This document shows positions 7,243 to 13,780 of a stretch of 55,704 nt of DNA, in pieces (the stretch's first letter is position 1; the number at the start of each line of letters is the position of its first letter). The position numbers and the translations under genes are program-made. Source of the DNA: Thermoplasmata archaeon (lineage in GTDB: Archaea > Thermoplasmatota > Thermoplasmata > Lutacidiplasmatales > UBA184); NCBI GenBank assembly GCA_035502055.1, contig DATJVB010000019.1, positions 1 to 55,704 of the forward strand, written 5' to 3'. The notes beneath the pieces were generated by a model, which ran no database searches, was not told the origin of the DNA, and worked only from the letters and a program-made list of their open reading frames with translations.

Positions 7243-8611
7243 GGGGTGCCCGCTCTGCGGCTCCACGTGGGGCGACTGGTGGGAGGCGATCGACGGTGTC
7301 CCGACGTTCTTCTGCTGCCAGATCTGCGCCATCCAGTGGCGCACGATCCTCGGCGAGGTCCGCCACCGGGCGGGGTGGACCGGCCCGATGGCGGTCGAAC
7401 TGAAGGGGAACCGGTGGGGCCGCACCGGCGTCGCCACGCGCGGCGGGGACGCCGTCCGGTTCTCGGTCGTCTTCACGCCGGACGGGCGGCTCCGCCGGTT
7501 CGATCTCCTCGAACCGCTTCCGACGTCGGCCGCGCCCCCGGCGCCGGCGGCCCCTCCCGAGGCGCCTCCCCCGGCCGCGCCGCCCCCGCCGCCGGTCCCC
7601 CCGGGCCCCGAGACGATGCATCCGAAGCTCGTCGAGCGGCTCGAGTTCGAGGCCGAGACGTACCCGGACCTCACCACGGTCCCCGTCGAGGAGGGTCGGG
7701 AGTTCGTCCGGGAGATGGCCTCCGAGCTCGGCCGCATCGCCGGTCCCGTCCCGTCGGTCTCCCAGATCACCAACTCGAGCTACCGGTGCGGCGACCACCG
7801 GGTACCGGTCCGGATCTATACGCCCGTCGACGGCGATCCGCCGTTCCCGGTCGTCGTCCTCCTGCACGGCGGCGGGTTCGTGTTCGGCGACCTCGACACG
7901 CACGACGGGCTCTCCCGGGAGCTCGCGAACCGGTCCCGCGCGGTCGTGGTCACGGTCGGCTTCCGCCGCGCGCCCGAGTTCCCGTACCCGAACGCCGTCG
8001 AGGACGCCTTCGCGGCGTTCGCCTGGGTGGCGCTCCCGACGACGGCGGCCCGGCTGCAGCTCGACCCCGACCGCCTCGCGGTCGTCGGGGACGACACCGG
8101 TGCGGCGCTCGCGCTCGCGGCGGCGATGCTCGCCCGGGAGCGGGGGGGTCCCGCGCCCCGCGCCGCCGCGCTCGTCTGCCCCGTCCTTGCCCGGGCGCCC
8201 GACGTCCCGTCGTACCGCGAGTTCGCCGTGGGCGCCGGCCTCGAGGCGGCGTTCCTCGACTGGGCTTGGGCGCAGTACCTCCCGACCGCCGACGACGCGG
8301 CCGACCCGCACGCCGTCCCGTGGGCGGCGACCGACCTCGCCGGGCTGCCGCCGACCCTCCTCCTGACCGCCGGGTGCGACCCCGCGCGGGACGAGGGGGA
8401 AAAGTTCGGGGAGCGGCTTCGGGCCGCCGGCGTCGAGACGACGGTCCGACGGTACTCGGGCATGCTCCACGCCTTCCTCGACTACCGGGGGGTCGTCGAG
8501 GACGGATGGCGCGCGATGGAGGAGCTCGGGGAGTGGCTCCGCGCCGCCCTCGAGCCCGCGCGGACGGCGCCGCCGGCGGCGGCCGCGCCGCCTTCCGCCG
8601 CGACCGGCTGA
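7226..8611 (+). CDS. Fusion protein: Cys-rich Zn-binding domain, Pro-rich linker, alpha/beta-hydrolase fold-3 (HSL-type esterase) domain with GDDTG in place of GDSAG
   Basis: ATG 7226 overlaps the upstream stop by 17 nt. 461 aa. Motifs: CPLCGSTWGDWW...FFCCQIC, then PAPAAPPEAPPPAAPPPPPVPPGP, then HGGGF, GDDTGAALA, DPARDEG and MLHAF. Confidence 0.75.
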   Translation: MDPPAEGCPLCGSTWGDWWEAIDGVPTFFCCQICAIQWRTILGEVRHRAGWTGPMAVELKGNRWGRTGVATRGGDAVRFSVVFTPDGRLRRFDLLEPLPTSAAPPAPAAPPEAPPPAAPPPPPVPPGPETMHPKLVERLEFEAETYPDLTTVPVEEGREFVREMASELGRIAGPVPSVSQITNSSYRCGDHRVPVRIYTPVDGDPPFPVVVLLHGGGFVFGDLDTHDGLSRELANRSRAVVVTVGFRRAPEFPYPNAVEDAFAAFAWVALPTTAARLQLDPDRLAVVGDDTGAALALAAAMLARERGGPAPRAAALVCPVLARAPDVPSYREFAVGAGLEAAFLDWAWAQYLPTADDAADPHAVPWAATDLAGLPPTLLLTAGCDPARDEGEKFGERLRAAGVETTVRRYSGMLHAFLDYRGVVEDGWRAMEELGEWLRAALEPARTAPPAAAAPPSAATG

Positions 8612-8624
8612 CCCCCGCGCCGGC

Positions 8625-9461
8625 CTACCGCTCCGCGAGGACGTGGACGACCTCGCCGGGGAGCCGGATCCCGTCGGCCGTCGCGTGCGACGCGAGCGCG
8701 TCGCGCGCCTCCCGAAGGACGACGGCCCGGACCTCGGGATCCTCCTCCGCGAGCGAGTGCCCGAGCGGCGTCCCTTCGAGGAGAAGCTCAAGGTACTCCT
8801 CGGCGCTCCGGAACATCCAGGCGTGCTCGACGCGACGCTCGCGGGCGGTGCGGAACCCGGCCTCGGTGAGGAGCCGGACGAGCTCGCCCGGCCCCCCGAG
8901 CTCGTACGGCGTCGGGAGGTAGCCCCCCTCGTCCGGCTCCGCGTGACGGAGCATCGGCCCGACGACGACGTCGAGGAGGGGAACCCGATCCCCCGGACCC
9001 CAGACGGCGATCGCGCACCGGCCGCCGGGCCGGAGCACCCGGCGGGCCTCGCGGGCCGCCCCCTCGGGGTCGGTGAAGATCTGGAATCCGAAGCGGCACG
9101 CGATCCCGTCGAACCGCCCGTCCGCGAAGTCGAGGTGGCCGGAGTCCATCACCCGGAACTCCACGTTCTCGAGGGAGGCCGCCCGGCCGGCGGCGTCGGC
9201 GAGCCGGACCATCTCCTCGGAGAGGTCGATGCCGGTGACCCGGCCGGACGGGCCGATCGCGCGGGCGATCGTGAGGGCCGGTTCGCCCGGGCCGGTCCCC
9301 AGGTCGAGGATCGACTCCCCGGCCGCCGGCGCGAGGTCGGCGAGGAGGTCCGGGTTCACGCGATCGTAGAGCGCCGCGAGACCCAGGTACCGTGTCGCGG
9401 CCCCGTTCCACGTCGTGCGGGTGTACTCCCGGTAGCTGTCCTCGGTGTACCGCCAGGGCAT
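8625..9461 (-). CDS. Class I SAM-dependent methyltransferase
   Basis: 278 aa. Motif I ILDLGTGPGEPA, post-I GIDLSEEM, RVLRPGGRCAI. Confidence 0.85.
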   Translation of the reverse strand: MPWRYTEDSYREYTRTTWNGAATRYLGLAALYDRVNPDLLADLAPAAGESILDLGTGPGEPALTIARAIGPSGRVTGIDLSEEMVRLADAAGRAASLENVEFRVMDSGHLDFADGRFDGIACRFGFQIFTDPEGAAREARRVLRPGGRCAIAVWGPGDRVPLLDVVVGPMLRHAEPDEGGYLPTPYELGGPGELVRLLTEAGFRTARERRVEHAWMFRSAEEYLELLLEGTPLGHSLAEEDPEVRAVVLREARDALASHATADGIRLPGEVVHVLAER

Positions 9462-9482
9462 CGGCCGGCGAACGCCGAGGGG

Positions 9483-9490
9483 CCTATCTA
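9483..9490 (-). promoter_or_regulatory. TATA-like island (TAGATAGG on minus strand), leaderless geometry
   Basis: Centre lies 26 nt upstream of ATG 9461. Confidence 0.35.
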
Positions 9491-9516
9491 CCCTCGCCCG
9501 GACACCGGTTGACGGG

Positions 9517-9741
9517 TCAGCTCGTGTGCGCGGTCCGGTTGTGGCGGGCGAGCGCGCTCACGTGCGGGAACCGGCGGCGGCAGACCGAGCAGGTGACCGG
9601 CGTGTGCCCCGACGGGGACGGCGGCGGCTCCGCCCCGTGGGCGTCGAGCCGGTGCTCGGCGAGCGCCTCCGCGTCCGGGAACTGCCGCCCGCACTCGGAG
9701 CAGAGGGCCCGCGCCTCGTCGTAGTCGACGTACGGGGCCAT
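9517..9741 (-). CDS. Two-finger classical C2H2 zinc-finger protein
   Basis: 74 aa. Both CSECGRQFPDAEALAEHRLDAH and CSVCRRRFPHVSALARHNRTAH fit C-x2-C-x3-F-x5-L-x2-H-x4-H. Confidence 0.7.
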   Translation of the reverse strand: MAPYVDYDEARALCSECGRQFPDAEALAEHRLDAHGAEPPPSPSGHTPVTCSVCRRRFPHVSALARHNRTAHTS

Positions 9742-9784
9742 CCCGGACCCCAGCGCGTTCCCCTGTATCCACGTTGGGGCCGGG

Positions 9785-10339
9785 TCAGGCGCGGCCGGGG
9801 GCGGCCGCCGCCGCGCTCCGCATCCCGCCCAGCACGAGCGCGGGGGCGACGAGCGCGAGCACCGGGACCGCGAGGAGCACGAGGTCGACCGCGGGCACCA
9901 CTTTGAGGGCCGCGAGGACCGGCCCGGCGATCACGAGGAGGAGGACGGCGTACAGCACGCTCGCGGCCCCGACCGACGCCCGGTGGAACCGTCGCCCGGC
10001 GAGCGCGAGCCCGACGACCAGGCCGACCCCGCCGACCCAGCCGAGCGCGAGGCCCGCGATCGCCGTCCAGACGCCGAGCGGCTGCCCCGACCGAAGGCAG
10101 CCGAGCGCCTCGGTCGGCCGCCCGTCGGCGCAGCCCAAGAGCTGGTCGGACGACCCGACGATCACCGCGGCGGCGACGAGCAGCAGGAGGAACCCGAACG
10201 TGCCGACGAGGCAGAGGGCGGAGGCCGTCACGAACCGACGGTCGGCCGCGCGGAGCGCGGCGAACCCCCGCCGGTACACGAACAGGCTGAGGAGGAAGAG
10301 GAGGCCGCCGGCGAGGACGAAGACCGCGAGGTCCCGCAC
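9785..10339 (-). CDS. Multi-pass membrane protein (DUF973-like guess)
   Basis: GTG start, 184 aa, with about five hydrophobic helices. The true N-terminus is uncertain; see the finding on 10340-10606. Confidence 0.6.
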   Translation of the reverse strand: MRDLAVFVLAGGLLFLLSLFVYRRGFAALRAADRRFVTASALCLVGTFGFLLLLVAAAVIVGSSDQLLGCADGRPTEALGCLRSGQPLGVWTAIAGLALGWVGGVGLVVGLALAGRRFHRASVGAASVLYAVLLLVIAGPVLAALKVVPAVDLVLLAVPVLALVAPALVLGGMRSAAAAAPGRA

Positions 10340-10603
10340 GAGGGAGGGCCCGAACGCGAACGGTCCGGTCGGGTCGTTGGCCGAGAGTTCGAGGAGGGCG
10401 ACCGGAAAGACCGTCGCGAGGAGAGCCCCCGCGACGCCGAGTCCCCCGCCCAGGGCGAGCCGGGCGGCGCCGGCCCGGTCGGCCTCCGCCTCCGCTCCGC
10501 GGTCGTCCGACGTCGGCGTGGACGCTCCCCGGCCGAAAGGCGCCCGTCCCGGGCTATCTATCTGCTGGCGGACGGGCGGCCGGCCGGGGGGCGCCCCGGT
10601 CGC

Positions 10604-11416
10604 CTACGAGAGGTCGACCGAGGCGAGCCCGCCCCCGAGGGGAGCGTACGGGTTCCCGAAGTCGACTTCGGACCAGGCGATCGCGCCCGAGAGGTTGCAG
10701 TAGTCGTACGCGTCGGCGACGACGACCGTCGAGACCGTGTAGGTGTCCCCCGAGGTGACGGCGAAGCCGGCGGTGATCGTGAACGTCGCCCCGTGGGAGT
10801 GCTGGAACGTCGTCCCCGTGGTCGTCGTCGACGCCCAGATCTGGACCGAGCCGGCGGTCGCGTTGTAGACGAAGCTGTTCGTCGTGACGTCGTAGAGCCA
10901 GATCGAGAGACCCATGTAGTTCTCGGCGTACGCCGCCGAGGTCGAGCCCGTGCCGCCCGAGACGGTCGACCGCGCGGTCCAGTTGATCGGCCAGCTCGCG
11001 GTCGCGGTGATCCAGCCCGAGGTGGGGCCGGAGAACTTGAACCCGCTGAACCCGAGCTGCTGCATCGTCTCGCCCCACGTCGCCCCGAGGCCGCAGTTCC
11101 CCGCGACGGCGCGGACCCACCCGGCGACCTGGCCGGTCGTGAGGTCGACGCTCGGGCCCTGGGTGTCGTTGGCGTACGCGTGGCACCCGGTCGAGCTCAC
11201 GTCGTCGGTGAAGACCTTCGCGAGGTTGTGGAACGGCGTCACGAAGTTGATCGAGCTTGTCGCGCCCGCCATCGGTGCGCCGACGAGGAGGAGGGCCACG
11301 AGACCGGTCATCCCTCCGGCGCCGATCGCCCCGCCGAGGCGGAGTCGGCCGGCCCAGGAGCGGCCCATCGTTCGGCGCCCGCGCGCGCGGACCTGGTTCG
11401 GTGCGGTTGCGTGCAT
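10604..11416 (-). CDS. Secreted beta-rich orphan protein
   Basis: Trimmed from the track ORF. ATG 11416 is the first AUG after the strong TATA at 11482-11493; alternative ATG at 11368. Signal peptide ...GMTGLVALLLVGAPMAGA/TSS. Four Cys. No family recognised. Confidence 0.65.
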   Translation of the reverse strand: MHATAPNQVRARGRRTMGRSWAGRLRLGGAIGAGGMTGLVALLLVGAPMAGATSSINFVTPFHNLAKVFTDDVSSTGCHAYANDTQGPSVDLTTGQVAGWVRAVAGNCGLGATWGETMQQLGFSGFKFSGPTSGWITATASWPINWTARSTVSGGTGSTSAAYAENYMGLSIWLYDVTTNSFVYNATAGSVQIWASTTTTGTTFQHSHGATFTITAGFAVTSGDTYTVSTVVVADAYDYCNLSGAIAWSEVDFGNPYAPLGGGLASVDLS

Positions 11417-11481
11417 TCCCGGTGTCGCGGTGCGCGTCGGTGCGGACCGATGCGCACGGGACAGCGGGAGACCCAGGTCCG

Positions 11482-11493
11482 AGTATATAGATT
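11482..11493 (-). promoter_or_regulatory. Strong TATA box (AATCTATATACT on minus strand)
   Basis: Best TATA match in the window. It lies in the 213-nt gap upstream of the secreted orphan gene. Confidence 0.5.
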
Positions 11494-11581
11494 CGCGCTG
11501 GAATCGGACGGACCGACGCAGTACGGCGGTCGGAGTGCGATTTCCGCTACCCTCGGGGCGGCCCACCCCCGGGGTCGCGGA

Positions 11582-12088
11582 TCACTCCTGAAGGGTCGCG
11601 AGGAGGCGGACCTGGACCGTCCGGTTGATGAGCGGGCCCCCCGAGAGCGCCGTGTTGCCGATCATGACGACGCGGCCGTCGGCCGTCACGACCCACGTAT
11701 TCCGCAGCGCGACCCGCGCCACGGTGCCCCGGATGCCGCTGAACTCGATCTCGTCCCCGACGTGGAGCATCCCGTCCCGGAGGAGGAGGATGCCCGAGAG
11801 GATGTTCGAGAACAGCGACTGGAGGGAGAGCGAGAGGAGGAGGCCGACGAGCCCCGTGATCGTCACGACGGTGAACACCGAGGCGATGCCGGTGAGGTAC
11901 ACGGAGGCGAGCGCGGCGACGCCGATCCACGATGCGCGGAGGACGTCGCGGATCTCGCGAAGGGTGTTCGGCCGGGCCCCCGCCCGGGTCGCGATCGAGC
12001 GGATGACCCGGCTCGCCCCCTCGCCGACGAGTGCGACGCCGACGATCGCCCCGCCGACTTCGGCGCCGAGGACGACCCAGTCCGTCAT
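11582..12088 (-). CDS. Small-conductance mechanosensitive channel (MscS family, short form)
   Basis: Start set at ATG 12086-12088 (MTDWVVLG), 168 aa. TM helices are followed by the MscS beta-domain pattern LLLRDGMLHVGDEIEFSGIRGTVARVALRNTWV. Confidence 0.75.
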   Translation of the reverse strand: MTDWVVLGAEVGGAIVGVALVGEGASRVIRSIATRAGARPNTLREIRDVLRASWIGVAALASVYLTGIASVFTVVTITGLVGLLLSLSLQSLFSNILSGILLLRDGMLHVGDEIEFSGIRGTVARVALRNTWVVTADGRVVMIGNTALSGGPLINRTVQVRLLATLQE

Positions 12089-12162
12089 CGCCGCCCGGCC
12101 GTGCGACGGGCGTCCCGGGCCTTGAACCAATCCCCCGACAGGAGGAGGGGGCCCGGGCTACG

Positions 12163-12894
12163 CTACAGCCCGGGCACCGAGAGGAGGTGCCCGATGAGGA
12201 ATCCCGCGAACCCGCCGGCGATCCCGATGACGGCGAGCTGGATCCCGTCCCGGAGCCACTGGCCGGCGGTCATCCGAGCCTCGTACCATCCGATCGCGAA
12301 CAGCGTGACCGCGCTCGCCACGACGGCGAGGATCGCCCCGAGGACGAGGTCGTTCCCCACGAACAGGAACGGGACGAGGGGGATCCCGTGGCCGAGGACG
12401 GTCGCCCCCCCGACGATGATCGCGCTCGTCCGGGCCGCGTCCTCCTCGACGGGGGCGAGCTTGAGCTCGAACGACATCATGAACTCGAGCATGGCCGTCG
12501 GATTGCGGCAGATCCGGTCGAGGAGGTCGTCCAGGTCCGCGCCCGTGTACCCCCAGCCGGCGAGGACCTCCCGGACCTCGGCCCTCTCGATGTCGGGCAC
12601 CTCGGCCATCTCGCGGATCTCCCGCCGTCGCTCGTTGAGGTAGAGCCTTCGCCGGGAAAGGGTCGACGTGTACGCGACCGCCCCCATGGCGATCGACTCC
12701 GCGCCCATCGCCGAGAGCGTCGCGACGAAGACGATCCGGATGTCCGACGTCGCCGCCACGAGGCCGAGCACGATTCCGAGGACGTTGATGATCCCGTCCT
12801 GGCCCCCGAGGATGAAGTCCGAGAGAAGCGTGGGATGCGGATGGGCCTCGTGCCAGACTGCCTGCTTGCCGAGGGGACGCGCGTCGGACGCCAT
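12163..12894 (-). CDS. VIT1/CCC1-family iron/manganese transporter
   Basis: Start at ATG 12892-12894, 243 aa. Motifs: SDFILGGQDGIINVLGIVLG, a central cytoplasmic helical segment and C-terminal TM helices. Confidence 0.85.
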   Translation of the reverse strand: MASDARPLGKQAVWHEAHPHPTLLSDFILGGQDGIINVLGIVLGLVAATSDIRIVFVATLSAMGAESIAMGAVAYTSTLSRRRLYLNERRREIREMAEVPDIERAEVREVLAGWGYTGADLDDLLDRICRNPTAMLEFMMSFELKLAPVEEDAARTSAIIVGGATVLGHGIPLVPFLFVGNDLVLGAILAVVASAVTLFAIGWYEARMTAGQWLRDGIQLAVIGIAGGFAGFLIGHLLSVPGL

Positions 12895-13063
12895 GGTCGA
12901 GCCGGCGGAGCGGTCCGGTCGGCCCCCCGCCGGGGACCGCGCTAGCGGCCGCAGCGGATAACGGTCCCGGCCCGCCCGGCCGGGGCCGGCCCCGCGGAAC
13001 CTCCGTGGCGCGGGAGGCATACCTACAAGGGGGGCGTCGGGGGTAACAACCCGGGGGTGGACG

Positions 13064-13678
13064 GTGCCGAGCCCCCGCGACCGGCGCGACGCGTTCGTTC
13101 GGGCCGCCGGGCTTCGCGACCTGGGCGCTCTCGTGCGGCTCTACCGCTCTCAGCTCGCCGACGGGACGCCGGTCCGGCTCGACCCGTTCCCGTTCGATCG
13201 CCCGCGCCTGGTCCTCCTCCTCTTCGCCCTCCTCGCGATCCAACCGGGCGTCGGCGTCCTCCGGCGGATCGCGCCCGGGTGGGCGACGTGGGTGATCGTC
13301 GCCGGGCCGAACGCCGCGCGCCCGCCCGTCGGCGTCGGGTTCGTCCATCAGGTCCGCGGGCCGGACGGCCGCTGGATCGGTCGCACGGGACTCCTGGTCG
13401 GCGCCCCGCATCAGCGGCAGGGGTGGGGTACGGCGATCAAGATCGCGCAGCTGCGCCTGTGCCGGGCGCAGGGGATCCCCCGCATCCAGGCGTTCCTCTC
13501 GCCCGAGAACGCGGGGTCGGCCCGGGTGAACCGAGGGGTCGGGCTCGCGATCCGCTCGCCGGGACCGGGGGACCCGTCCCGGGACCGGCCGTACTTGATC
13601 GCCGAAGGCGACGTCGACGCGGTACTAAGGGCGCTCGATGCGACGGCCTCGCCCGCCGACTCGGTCCCCCCGGGGTGA
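13064..13678 (+). CDS. GNAT-family N-acetyltransferase (divergent)
   Basis: GTG start, 204 aa. Acetyl-CoA loop-like HQRQGWGTAI. Confidence 0.6.
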   Translation: MPSPRDRRDAFVRAAGLRDLGALVRLYRSQLADGTPVRLDPFPFDRPRLVLLLFALLAIQPGVGVLRRIAPGWATWVIVAGPNAARPPVGVGFVHQVRGPDGRWIGRTGLLVGAPHQRQGWGTAIKIAQLRLCRAQGIPRIQAFLSPENAGSARVNRGVGLAIRSPGPGDPSRDRPYLIAEGDVDAVLRALDATASPADSVPPG

Positions 13679-13780
13679 CCCCGGACCGTGGCCGAGACAT
13701 GCCGTTATGGGCCTCCGGCGCACGGGCGGTCAGAGGCCCCCCGTCGGCGCGTCCGCGCGCCCCGAAGGGACGCCCCCGGG

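Noticed and set aside
10604-10606. In-frame TAG between the secreted orphan and the membrane protein as a pyrrolysine or read-through codon
   Set aside because: TAG terminates many well-defined genes in this window, for example at 409, 842, 1212, 6328, 8625 and 28232. Genome-wide TAG recoding is therefore unlikely, and no pyl genes are visible here. The start-free open stretch is kept as a finding, without invoking recoding.
12113-12153. CCCGGGCC ... GGCCCGGG inverted repeat between the VIT1 stop and the MscS start, as a terminator or attenuator
   Set aside because: CCCGGG-type palindromes are frequent in this GC-rich sequence, for example near 50216-50240. The 25-nt loop is large, there is no T tract, and no support beyond self-complementarity.
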